A DNA stretch of 54,405 nt, from NCBI GenBank assembly GCA_031260485.1, contig JAIRJU010000067.1, forward strand, positions 1 to 54,405, read 5' to 3'. The notes below the pieces were generated by a model. That model was not told where the DNA came from. It made no database searches and was given only the letters and a program-made list of their open reading frames with translations. The position numbers were made by a program, and so were the translations under genes. Positions 34,560 through 44,509 of the stretch are shown piece after piece. Source of the stretch: Pseudomonadales bacterium. Lineage in GTDB: Bacteria > Pseudomonadota > Gammaproteobacteria > Pseudomonadales > Pseudohongiellaceae. Each line of letters begins with the position of its first letter. Position 1 is the first letter of the stretch.

Positions 34560-34575
34560 TGTGACAGAGTTCACA
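34560..34575. promoter_or_regulatory. perfect CRP/Vfr-type site TGTGA-N6-TCACA
   Basis: tgtgacagagttcaca. A possible -10, TATTAC at 34594-34599, puts the site near -41.5 (class II geometry). Confidence 0.55.
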
Positions 34576-34632
34576 GATTGCATTGCAAGAGACTATTACT
34601 GTACGCCCCTTCTCAGCGCAGTGATCAATATC

Positions 34633-35292
34633 ATGGACACACCTGAAATCATCGACGTGCACACGGGCATCGTGCTAAGCAGTTCCAAAGCCGAGCTGCA
34701 AAAATGGCTTCAAGCTCTTTATTCGCTGGCAACGGCGAGCGGCGACATTCCTTTCGAGCAACTGGCACGTGATCTGGGTGTCGATGAGCGAACCGTGCGC
34801 AGGTTGGCGCAATCCATTCATGATTTTAGTCTGAACAGTAAAGATTATAAAAAGCCGCGGCGAACCCGGCGGCATGGCGTCATTGAGCCGATCGACGCTG
34901 TGTTTGATACCGTGGCGGGTAAGCTGGCCACTAACCCGCAAGCCCCGGCCCCGCTCATGGGCGAGGGTGTCGAGGCAATGGCGGGGCAGGAATATGCGCG
35001 CGTCAAGAGCTTTTTGCGCACGGCGTTTCGCGCCATGTTTGCCATTGAGCTGCGTCGCTGGGAGGAGGCGTTATCCGCGGAATTATGGGAAGCGTTCAAG
35101 GACCTGATGCAATGGCGTGACAATTTGCCGAGCCGCCCGCCATGGTGGGACAAACTGGTCACGGAATTGCTGTGTGAATCGCTCGATGTGGATGTTGCAA
35201 AGTACTTGCTGGCGATGAAGTCAGGAGATGCGCCACTTTTGGAGGGGGGCAGTCCGCGGCGAATTGGCCGCAAAACTGGGCCGCGGAAATGA
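34633..35292 (+). CDS. hypothetical protein with a predicted helix-turn-helix (orphan)
   Basis: 219 aa from ATG 34633; the track start GTG 34561 lies inside the CRP-like site. The HTH-like segment is FEQLARDLGVDERTVRRLAQ and the C-terminus is basic. The antisense ORF 34845..35303 is Ser/Arg-rich and looks spurious. The SD is weak, so the start is uncertain. Confidence 0.5.
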   Translation: MDTPEIIDVHTGIVLSSSKAELQKWLQALYSLATASGDIPFEQLARDLGVDERTVRRLAQSIHDFSLNSKDYKKPRRTRRHGVIEPIDAVFDTVAGKLATNPQAPAPLMGEGVEAMAGQEYARVKSFLRTAFRAMFAIELRRWEEALSAELWEAFKDLMQWRDNLPSRPPWWDKLVTELLCESLDVDVAKYLLAMKSGDAPLLEGGSPRRIGRKTGPRK

Positions 35293-35313
35293 CGCCACAC
35301 CATTTTGGAATCA

Positions 35314-36615
35314 TCAATCCTTTTTCAATAAAGCGTAATAAAACCCATCATGTCCGCCGGATGCCGGTAAAAGCTGCGCGCCAATTTCTGCCGGTGCCAG
35401 TTGCGCGCCTGGCACGGTAAGCGGCAGCGCGTGCGCATCGGAGTGGCCTGTTAGGAACGCGGCGATTTGTGCGGCGTTTTCTGCGTGCAGCACCGAGCAG
35501 GTGGAATACAGCAGGTGAGCGCCGCTGCGTAACAAAGGCCATGCGGCGTCCAGCAGCGCGCGCTGTTTGCGTATCAGCGCGGCCACTTCCTCCGGGGTGC
35601 GCAGCAGCTTGATGTCGGGGTGGCGGCGGATCACGCCGGTGCCGGAACATGGCACATCGAGCAGGATCGCATCGAAACTGGCGGGGGCGTAGGGGTGAGC
35701 TTGTGTCAGATCGCCTTCGGTAACGTCCGCGTTCAATTGCAAGCGCGCCAGATTTTCGCGCACTCGTGTTAGACGTGAGGCATCGGCATCCAGCGCCACG
35801 AGTTGCAGCCGTGGGTGCGCTTCGAGCAGAGCGCAGGTTTTGCCGCCGGGCGCGGCGCAGGCATCGAGCACGCGCGCGGTGTCGTGCAGCGGCAAGAGTT
35901 CGGCAACCAACTGCGAGGCGGCATCTTGTACGCTGATCCAGCCGGCATCAAAGCCCGGCAAGGCGAGTACGTCGCAGGGTTGCATCAGGTGCAGGCCCTG
36001 CGGCGACAAGGCGTCTGCGTGTGCGGCGATGCCAGCCTCTTCCAATTGCTTCAGGTAGCTATCGCGGGGGAGTTGGCGCCGGTTCACTCGCAAGGTCATC
36101 GGCGCGGGGCTGTTGTTGGCGTCGAGAAGGCTGCGATAGTGGCGCGGCCAATCGCGCTTGAATTGATCGAGCAGCCACACAGGGTGTGAATACCATTGGC
36201 TGTAATCCTTGGCGCAATGTTCCAGCAAGGTATCGCGCGAGCGCTGTGCTTCGCGCAGCACGGCGTTGATTAAGCCTTTGGCCCACGGTTTGTGTAGCGC
36301 GTCGCTGGCCGCCACTGTTTCGTTCAACACGGCGTGGTCGGGGGTACGCATGAAATAAAGCTGGTAGAGGCCGAGCAGGATCAGGCTGTGCAGGTCTTGA
36401 TCCTTGCCGCGCAGCGGGCGTTCGAGCAGTTGTGCGGCGATGGCGTCAAGGCGGTGGTACCAGCGGCACACGCCGTAGCACCATTCTTGCAGGCGGGCGG
36501 CGTCCGCGCCGAGTTGGCGCTTGAGCGCGGCGTCGAGCAGCGAACTCAGCGAACCCTGCCGCTGCCGAATGCTCAACAGAATGCGGCAATAATGGCGGTG
36601 GAGTTCAGCCGCCAT
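35314..36615 (-). CDS. rsmB: 16S rRNA (cytosine967-C5)-methyltransferase
   Basis: 433 aa with a NusB-like N-terminus, the SAM motif DACAAPGGKT and the catalytic PCSGTGVIRRHPD. Confidence 0.94.
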   Translation of the reverse strand: MAAELHRHYCRILLSIRQRQGSLSSLLDAALKRQLGADAARLQEWCYGVCRWYHRLDAIAAQLLERPLRGKDQDLHSLILLGLYQLYFMRTPDHAVLNETVAASDALHKPWAKGLINAVLREAQRSRDTLLEHCAKDYSQWYSHPVWLLDQFKRDWPRHYRSLLDANNSPAPMTLRVNRRQLPRDSYLKQLEEAGIAAHADALSPQGLHLMQPCDVLALPGFDAGWISVQDAASQLVAELLPLHDTARVLDACAAPGGKTCALLEAHPRLQLVALDADASRLTRVRENLARLQLNADVTEGDLTQAHPYAPASFDAILLDVPCSGTGVIRRHPDIKLLRTPEEVAALIRKQRALLDAAWPLLRSGAHLLYSTCSVLHAENAAQIAAFLTGHSDAHALPLTVPGAQLAPAEIGAQLLPASGGHDGFYYALLKKD

Positions 36616-37573
36616 GCGGGCTAGAGGCGAAGCGCTGGTGAGGGGCCAGGTAATCGGGGTGGCCGTTGCGCAGGGCCGCCACCGTTACCGCGTTCTTGCC
36701 GTCGAGCTGTACCGCGTGCACCTCCAGCGCGCCTTCTCCGCAGGCCACCAAAAAAGAGTGATCACTCACTTTCATGATCGTGCCAGGTTCGGCGGGGCCG
36801 CAGAGCAATTGTGGCACGGCCTGCAACACGCGCAGGCGGGCGCCGTGGTGGTAAGTAAAAGCGGGGACACGCGGGTAGAAGGCGCGGACCTGCGCGGCGA
36901 TGTCGGCGGCTCCTTTGTGCCAGTCGATCAAGGCTTCCTGCTTTTGAATCTTGGCGGCGTAGGTGACAGCCTCGCCAGACGCTTGCGGCACAGGTGTGGG
37001 TGGGTCGGTTTCGAGCCGGGTCAGCACGGTGCACAGCGCCTCTTTGCCCAGGGCGCACAAGCGCTGGCTCAGGCTGTCGCTGGTGTCATCGCTGGCGATG
37101 GGGATGCTGCGGCGCAACAATACAGGGCCTGTATCGAGGCCAGCATCCATCTGCATGATACAGACGCCGGTTTCCGCATCGCGCGCCACAATGGCTCGTT
37201 CGATCGGCGCCGCGCCGCGCCAGCGCGGCAGCAGCGAGGCGTGTACGTTGAGGCAGCCATACTTGGGCAGCGCCAGCACCGCGGGCGGCAGCAGCAGGCC
37301 CTAGGCCACCACCACCATGACCTCTGGTGCCAGCGCGCGCAGTGGCGCCAAGGAATTTTCGTCCTTGAACGAAAGCGGCTGAAATACCGGGATGCCATGT
37401 TGTTCAGCCAAGGCTTTCACCGGAGTAGGCAGCAGCTTTTTGCCGCGCCCGGTGGGGCGATCTGGCTGAGAGTAAGCGCCCACTACGTTGAAACCGCCTT
37501 CCAGTAATGCACGCAAGTGCTCGGCGGCGAACGTGGGCGTTCCAGAGAAAACGATGCGAAGAGAAGAGTTCAT
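36605..37573 (-). pseudogene. fmt: methionyl-tRNA formyltransferase interrupted by one in-frame TAG (coding-strand codon at 37301-37303)
   Basis: Track ORFs 37301..37573 and 36605..37279 share one frame and together give a colinear Fmt: ...[39 protein letters not shown]... Confidence 0.85.
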
Positions 37574-37615
37574 GGCAGGCGTGATGGCCGCGGGGTTCTA
37601 CTAGCGCAGGCGGCC

Positions 37616-38131
37616 TCAGTCGGCCGTTTGCTTTTTGTCTTTGAGCAGTTTGTGCTTGATGCGCTGCCGCTTGAGGATCGACAGATAGTCCACGAACAGT
37701 TTGCCGTCCAAATGATCCACTTCGTGTTGCAGACAAACGGCCAACAGCCCTTCAGCCTCCTGCTCAAACGCAAGGCCATTGCGATCAAGCGCCTTTACCA
37801 GGATGCGGCGCGCTCGGGTGACGAGATCGTAGAAACCGGGCACGGACAAACAGCCTTCTTCATAACCCATGGGTTCGGGATCCAGCACGGTGATCTCGGG
37901 ATTGATGAACACCAGCGGCGCATCTTTGGTTTCCGTCACGTCGAGCACCAACAGGCGCTTGTGAAAATCCACCTGGGTGGCGGCGAGGCCGATGCCGTTG
38001 GCGGCGTACATGGTTTCCAGCATGTCGTCGAGGGTGCTGCGCAGGGAATCGTTGATTTCCTGCATCTGCACCACGGCGGCGCGTTTGCGCAGGCGCAGGT
38101 CGGGGTATTCGAGGATGGTCAATAAGCTCAT
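37616..38131 (-). CDS. def: peptide deformylase
   Basis: 171 aa from ATG 38131 ([11 protein letters not shown]), with the motifs [14 protein letters not shown] and QHEVDH. Confidence 0.95.
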   Translation of the reverse strand: MSLLTILEYPDLRLRKRAAVVQMQEINDSLRSTLDDMLETMYAANGIGLAATQVDFHKRLLVLDVTETKDAPLVFINPEITVLDPEPMGYEEGCLSVPGFYDLVTRARRILVKALDRNGLAFEQEAEGLLAVCLQHEVDHLDGKLFVDYLSILKRQRIKHKLLKDKKQTAD

Positions 38132-38317
38132 GGCGTGCAGCAGCGGGCAACGGGGCCGAGAATGATACGCCAAATCCGCACCCGATGTTACGGGCTAGGT
38201 GCGTGCCAACCCATGGCGCCGTGAGCCGCGCGCGAGACGATGCTTGCCGACAGGCGGTGCGATGCCCGCCTGCGCTGGAGGCTTGCGTAAATATGCAATG
38301 AAGAAATTCAATATATT

Positions 38318-38331
38318 AGAATAATTATTCT
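38318..38331. promoter_or_regulatory. perfect 14 bp AT-rich palindrome AGAATAATTATTCT abutting a candidate promoter (TTAGTC-N17-TATTAA, 38333-38361); a metalloregulator (Fur-family-like) operator candidate
   Basis: Exact 7+7 palindrome about 85 bp upstream of the TonB-dependent receptor ATG. The composition resembles Fur-type boxes but is not a consensus match. Confidence 0.4.
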
Positions 38332-38415
38332 GTTAGTCGGTGATACCACACGCGATATTAATACTGGCTCATTACCATGCCTGCAATCAGGGTGGATATG
38401 ACCAGGAGTAGTAGT

Positions 38416-41076
38416 ATGCGATTTGTGAGGCTATCAAAGATTCGCGCCTCTGCGTTGGCGCTCATGGCGCTGCTGGCAGACTTGCCGGCAATTGCGGCGG
38501 CAGCCGATGCCGCTACCACGGCGGCGTCGGCTAAATCCAATGATGAAGCTGACGTCATCGTGGTGCTGGGCACGCGCCGAACCGATCGCACCGTTGCGAA
38601 CTCGCCAGTGCCGATCGACATCATTCCTCAGGAAGCGATCGAGGATCAGCCCTGGTTCGACATGAATGATGTCGTGCGTGCGCTGGTGCCGTCCTTTCAG
38701 GTGGATCGCTTTGCGATGAACGATGGCTCAACCTTCGTCCGCTCGCCAACGATGCGCGGTTTGCCGCCGGACGAGACGCTGGTGTTGGTCAATGGCAAGC
38801 GCCGTCACCGGGCGGCCTTGGTCTCGCCGACTGGCGGCTATCAGGGCGTGGATATGTCGATGATCCCGTCTGTTGCGCTCAAACGGCTCGAAGTGCTGCG
38901 CGACGGCGCCTCTGCGCAATACGGGTCGGATGCCATTGCGGGCGTGTTCAATTTTCAACTGAAAGACAATGCAGAGGGCGGCGAGCTGCGCACGCAATAT
39001 GGCCAATTCTATGAAGGTGACGGCAAGGCACGGCAGGTTTCCGGCAACATAGGCTTGCCGCTGACTGAAAACGGCTTCATCAGCATCAGTGCCGAATGGA
39101 GCCAGAATGACCAGACCTCGCGCGGTGCGCAGACGCCGGGTGCATACATCCTTGCCCAGAAATACCCCGAGCAATATGGCGACATTCGTAACCCCTCGCA
39201 GATCTGGGGCAATCCGGCGTCGGACGGCGTGAAGACTTTTTTCAACGCAGGGATCGATATTGGCAGCGAGGCGAAGTTCTATGCGTTCGGCAGTTATGCC
39301 AATGTTCATTACGATAGCGATTTCAACTACAGGCAGCCGATCGATGTCACCGGCCCGGACAAGGCAGGTAACGGCAACAGCACGCTCTATTCGCAGGCCG
39401 GTTCGGTTTTCGCAACGCTTTATACTCAGCAAATTCCGGGCCTCTACGATCAATATGGCCAGCCGGTGTTTGATGGCGCTGGGCCAACCTACAATATCCG
39501 GCAGCTTTATCCGCTCGGTTTTACCCCGCGTTTCTACGGCCATATCGTCGATGCGTCGCTCGCGTCTGGGTTCAAGGGCGAACATGGCCCTTTCGCCTGG
39601 GATTTGAGCGCGAATTATGGCCAGAATGAAATCGCCTATTCCATGAAGAATTCGATCAACCCGTCGATGGGTGCGGATTCGCCGACCGATTTCTATCTTG
39701 GCACGCTGATGGAGCGTGAAACCGACCTCAATGCAGACTTCACCTATACGGTGGATGCGGGTCTTGCCTCGCCGCTGGTGTTCGGCGTTGGCGCTGAGCA
39801 TCGCCGCGATGCCTACGAAATCACACCAGGCGATCCCGCTTCCTATGCGGTTGGGCTTTATGGTTATCAGCGGGTACAGAATGCGGATGGAACACAATTT
39901 TGGAACGCTGCTCAGGGTATCGGCTCGAACGGCTTCATGGGCTTTCCCGACACGGCGGCCATTGATTTGGCGCGTCAAAGCTGGGGTGTTTATGGGCAGG
40001 TCGAGGCCGATGTTATCCAAGGCTTGACCTTCGATGCCGCGCTGCGGCATGAAGATTTCTCTGACTTTGGCGGCACGACAAACTGGAAAGTCGCCGCGCT
40101 TTATAAGCCGGTGTCCTGGATTTCGGCGCGCGCGGCCTACAGCACCGGCTTCCGCGCGCCGACGGTTGGCCAGCTTTACCAAACCCAGATTACCTATAGC
40201 TGGGTGGGTCAGAGCCCGGTAGAGGCGGCGATTTATCCCGTCTCGCACACCGCCGCTCAAGCCTTTGGTGCGCTACCTCTCAAGCCGGAACAATCAGAAA
40301 ACCTGTCGGCTGGCTTGGTGCTGACGCCGCAGCGGGGCCTGACCTTCACACTGGATTATTACCTGATCGACATCCGTGATCGTTTGAGTCTCACCGGCTA
40401 TATGGATATGACCAATAACACGCTTGGCATGAGCGCGGAACAAAAGCGGAAAATTCTGATTGATCTCGGCTTGCCCAACGCGCAGACGCTGGCGCGCTTG
40501 CGTTATTTCACCAATGCCTATGCGACTCGTACCGAAGGGCTCGACCTGGTGGGCACTTATCGCCTCGATACCGGCATTGGACGTTTTACCACGACGCTGG
40601 CCGCCAATTACAACAAGTCGCAGGTCACGTCGGTCACGCCGCTCATGGTGCTGGGTTCGCCCTATAACGTGGTCGATCCCACCGTGGTTGGCAACACCAC
40701 CCAGGGTACGCCGAAATGGCGTTTCTACATGACCGAGGTGTATGAAAACGGCAAGTTCAGCCTCACTGTCCACCCCAATTTCTTTGCGGGCTGGACGGTG
40801 TTCGATGTTCCCGCCAATGGCGGCACGCGCAGCTTTCCGGGCGATTTCACGCTGGATATATCGGCAAGCTACCAGCTCAATGACTGGGTGCAACTTGCAA
40901 TTGGCGCCTCGAACCTGTTCGACAGATACCCTGCCAAGGATCTCAAGGCCGAGGATGGCGGCTTGAACTACTACACGTTCACGGGTGGCCTGAATAATGG
41001 CCGTGTTTATCCCGAGAACGCGCCTTATGGTTATAACGGCGGTTTTTGGTACGCTCGTGCCAATTTCAAGTTCTAA
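38416..41076 (+). CDS. TonB-dependent outer-membrane receptor
   Basis: 886 aa from ATG 38416 (AGGAG 7 nt upstream), with a signal peptide, a TonB-box-like DVIVVLGTRR and a plug domain (RGLPPDETLVLVNGKRR). It has a long beta-barrel and the terminal ...YARANFKF. Confidence 0.9.
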   Translation: MRFVRLSKIRASALALMALLADLPAIAAAADAATTAASAKSNDEADVIVVLGTRRTDRTVANSPVPIDIIPQEAIEDQPWFDMNDVVRALVPSFQVDRFAMNDGSTFVRSPTMRGLPPDETLVLVNGKRRHRAALVSPTGGYQGVDMSMIPSVALKRLEVLRDGASAQYGSDAIAGVFNFQLKDNAEGGELRTQYGQFYEGDGKARQVSGNIGLPLTENGFISISAEWSQNDQTSRGAQTPGAYILAQKYPEQYGDIRNPSQIWGNPASDGVKTFFNAGIDIGSEAKFYAFGSYANVHYDSDFNYRQPIDVTGPDKAGNGNSTLYSQAGSVFATLYTQQIPGLYDQYGQPVFDGAGPTYNIRQLYPLGFTPRFYGHIVDASLASGFKGEHGPFAWDLSANYGQNEIAYSMKNSINPSMGADSPTDFYLGTLMERETDLNADFTYTVDAGLASPLVFGVGAEHRRDAYEITPGDPASYAVGLYGYQRVQNADGTQFWNAAQGIGSNGFMGFPDTAAIDLARQSWGVYGQVEADVIQGLTFDAALRHEDFSDFGGTTNWKVAALYKPVSWISARAAYSTGFRAPTVGQLYQTQITYSWVGQSPVEAAIYPVSHTAAQAFGALPLKPEQSENLSAGLVLTPQRGLTFTLDYYLIDIRDRLSLTGYMDMTNNTLGMSAEQKRKILIDLGLPNAQTLARLRYFTNAYATRTEGLDLVGTYRLDTGIGRFTTTLAANYNKSQVTSVTPLMVLGSPYNVVDPTVVGNTTQGTPKWRFYMTEVYENGKFSLTVHPNFFAGWTVFDVPANGGTRSFPGDFTLDISASYQLNDWVQLAIGASNLFDRYPAKDLKAEDGGLNYYTFTGGLNNGRVYPENAPYGYNGGFWYARANFKF

Positions 41077-41121
41077 TTCCTTGCCGGGATGGTTTTCAGT
41101 GTTGTAGAGGAGGCTGTTTTT

Positions 41122-42240
41122 ATGAAATTTTATTTTATGAAATCTTCGTTCTTTATTGTAGGCGCAAGTCTGGCGGCGGCGTTGCTTGCTCCAGGCGCGG
41201 CGAATGCGCAGAACGATCAGGTCGCTGCCGAGGTACAAAGCCGGCTCATTTTTGTCACCATTGACGGTGTGCGCTGGCAGGAAATCTACCACGGCGCTGC
41301 GGAGCGGATCGTCGATGACCCGCGTCGCACGCCTGAGGCGGAGCGCATCCGCAAGGACTATCTGCCCAACGATCAGCTTGCCGTAGCACTGACACCATTT
41401 CTGCATAGCCTGGAAGCAAAAAACGGCCTATTGCTGGGGAATCGTGACAAAAATTACTGTATGCGAGTCGGCAATCGTTACTGGTTCTCCTACCCTGGCT
41501 ACAACGAAATGCTGACTGGCCGCACCGACACTTGGGCCAATACCAATGACCCAATCGTCAATCCAGACATCACGATCCTGGAGTGGGTCAATCACTTGCC
41601 GGGCTATGCCGGGAAGGTTCGCGCTTACGCGACCTGGAACAATTTCCGCAATATTCTCAATCAGAAGCGCAGCGGCATTGCGGTCAACGACCCAGACACG
41701 CCGTTGCCAGAGGTCGCTTACGATAATGCCGACGCCCGTACCCAGGCGCTCGCGCTCCAGTCGCTCAAGCACGAAGATCCCCGCGTGCTTTTTGTCGGTT
41801 TTGGGCAAACTGACGAGTATGCGCATGAAGGCCGCTATGACCATTATCTGGACGCACTCCACGCAGCCGATGGCTATATCAAGGCGCTGTGGGATGCCGT
41901 GCAGGCAGACCCACGTTGGGCCGGAAATACCACGCTGATCGTGACAACGGATCATGGGCGCGGTCTCGCCGATTTCGACAATGAGAATTGGCGCCGCCAT
42001 TCCAGTGGCATCGATGCCGAAGGGCTCTTCCATCCAGAAGATAGCTGGCCCGGTTCGGACCAGACGTGGGCAGCCTACCTTGGCCCGCGCCCGGTCGAGC
42101 CAACCAGCGCGCCGGTACCTCAGCTCTGGCCGTGCCCGACCACCAGCCAACTTGCCGCCACGGCGCTCGAGGCCCTCGGCCTTCAGTGGCGCGATTTCAA
42201 CCCGAAGATGAACCCGCCGCTGCTGCGTCTGCTGGAATGA
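41122..42240 (+). CDS. exported alkaline-phosphatase-superfamily enzyme (NPP/phosphodiesterase-like)
   Basis: 372 aa from ATG 41122 (GAGGAGG 8 nt upstream), with the signal peptide ...APGAANAQ. The metal and nucleophile motifs are VTIDGVRW, SYPGYNEMLTG, TDEYAH and TTDHGRG. Confidence 0.7.
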   Translation: MKFYFMKSSFFIVGASLAAALLAPGAANAQNDQVAAEVQSRLIFVTIDGVRWQEIYHGAAERIVDDPRRTPEAERIRKDYLPNDQLAVALTPFLHSLEAKNGLLLGNRDKNYCMRVGNRYWFSYPGYNEMLTGRTDTWANTNDPIVNPDITILEWVNHLPGYAGKVRAYATWNNFRNILNQKRSGIAVNDPDTPLPEVAYDNADARTQALALQSLKHEDPRVLFVGFGQTDEYAHEGRYDHYLDALHAADGYIKALWDAVQADPRWAGNTTLIVTTDHGRGLADFDNENWRRHSSGIDAEGLFHPEDSWPGSDQTWAAYLGPRPVEPTSAPVPQLWPCPTTSQLAATALEALGLQWRDFNPKMNPPLLRLLE

Positions 42241-42307
42241 GTGGCACTTTGTTTGCGCCAAGGCTGAGCGTGGGCTATACCGGAGGCGCTCACGAGGAAG
42301 CATTCCC

Positions 42308-43426
42308 ATGGATGGTCAGGACGACGCGCTCACACTCTTGCACACCTGGCTGCTGCTCAGCCTGCAAACAACCTTGAACGCCGCCAAGCTCAAGGAATCG
42401 TGTGCGCAAGGCTGGAATGCGCACACGGCAGCAGCGACCTTGCGCAAGATAAACAAGGACGAGCTTTGCAAAGCACAGCGCCAATTGCCGCGCGTGCTGG
42501 AGTGGCTGGCACAGGAGGGCAATGCGCTGCTGCCGCTCTATGCCCCGGATTACCCGCCGCTTTTGGCCGCGCTGCACGATCCACCGCCGGTCTTGTATCT
42601 GCAAGGGCGTCAAGAGGCTTTGTCTTTGCCACAAATGGCGATAGTGGGGACTCGCAAACCCAGTGCGGATGGGCGGCGTCTGGCGCGTGAATTCGGCGCG
42701 GCGCTGGTACAAAGTGGCTATGTCGTTACCAGTGGCCTGGCGCTGGGCGTCGATGCCGAAAGTCATGCGGGCGCGTTGGCACAAGGTGGCCTCACGGTGG
42801 CCGTGCTGGGCTCGGGGCTGGAGCAGCTTTACCCCAAGGCCAACCGCGAGCTGGCGGCGCGCATCCGTGCCCAGGGGGCATTGGTTTCGGAGTTTCCGCC
42901 CTGGGTAGCGCCAGCGGACTGGCATTTTCCGCTGCGCAATCGGGTCATCAGCGGGCTGTCGCATGGCGTGTTGGTAGTCGAGGCTGCTGCGCGCAGCGGG
43001 TCACTCATCACTGCCCGGCTGGCCGCGGAGCAAGGACGGGAGGTGTTCGCCATCCCCGGCTCGATCTACAACTCGCAAACCCACGGCTGCCATGCTCTGC
43101 TGCGCGGCGGCGCCAAGCTGGTGGAAACCCTCGCCGACATTCTGGAAGAGCTGCCCGCCTTTACCGCGTGGGAGCGGCAGCGGCTGGTGCCGGACACGCC
43201 GCCTGCGGCAGTGGCGGCAACACCGGCCATGGCACAAAAAAGTGATGACTCACTTTCTATGGAAGATCAGCAAATACTGATGGCACTGGGCCACGGAACG
43301 ATTTCTCTGGAGCAGTTGATGGGCGTTTTGGGTCTGCCAGTGGAAGCGTTGCTGGAGCGCTTGAGCGAGCTGGAATTGCGCGGGTTGGTCATGGCGTCGC
43401 CGGGTGGGTTTTCGTGCCGCAATTGA
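42308..43426 (+). CDS. dprA: DNA-processing protein DprA (Smf)
   Basis: 372 aa with the Rossmann-like core GLALGVDAESH...SGSLITARLAAEQGREVFAIPGSI. Confidence 0.92.
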   Translation: MDGQDDALTLLHTWLLLSLQTTLNAAKLKESCAQGWNAHTAAATLRKINKDELCKAQRQLPRVLEWLAQEGNALLPLYAPDYPPLLAALHDPPPVLYLQGRQEALSLPQMAIVGTRKPSADGRRLAREFGAALVQSGYVVTSGLALGVDAESHAGALAQGGLTVAVLGSGLEQLYPKANRELAARIRAQGALVSEFPPWVAPADWHFPLRNRVISGLSHGVLVVEAAARSGSLITARLAAEQGREVFAIPGSIYNSQTHGCHALLRGGAKLVETLADILEELPAFTAWERQRLVPDTPPAAVAATPAMAQKSDDSLSMEDQQILMALGHGTISLEQLMGVLGLPVEALLERLSELELRGLVMASPGGFSCRN

Positions 43427-43535
43427 ATCCAGATCAACTGCAAGCCGCACGCGATACGCCGCTTTGGCGGCGAACCTGCTACAGTGGCGCCCTGTAATTT
43501 GGACTGTAAGTTTGGACAACGAAGACAACTAATAA

Positions 43536-44477
<942 letters not shown>

Positions 44478-44509
44478 CATCGTTACCTCCAACATTGCAC
44501 TAATTAGTC

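Noticed and set aside
38174-38415. Cobalamin or other riboswitch upstream of the TonB-dependent receptor.
   Set aside because: I could find no B12-box-like conserved core. The leader downstream of the candidate promoter is only ~50 nt, too short for a riboswitch aptamer.
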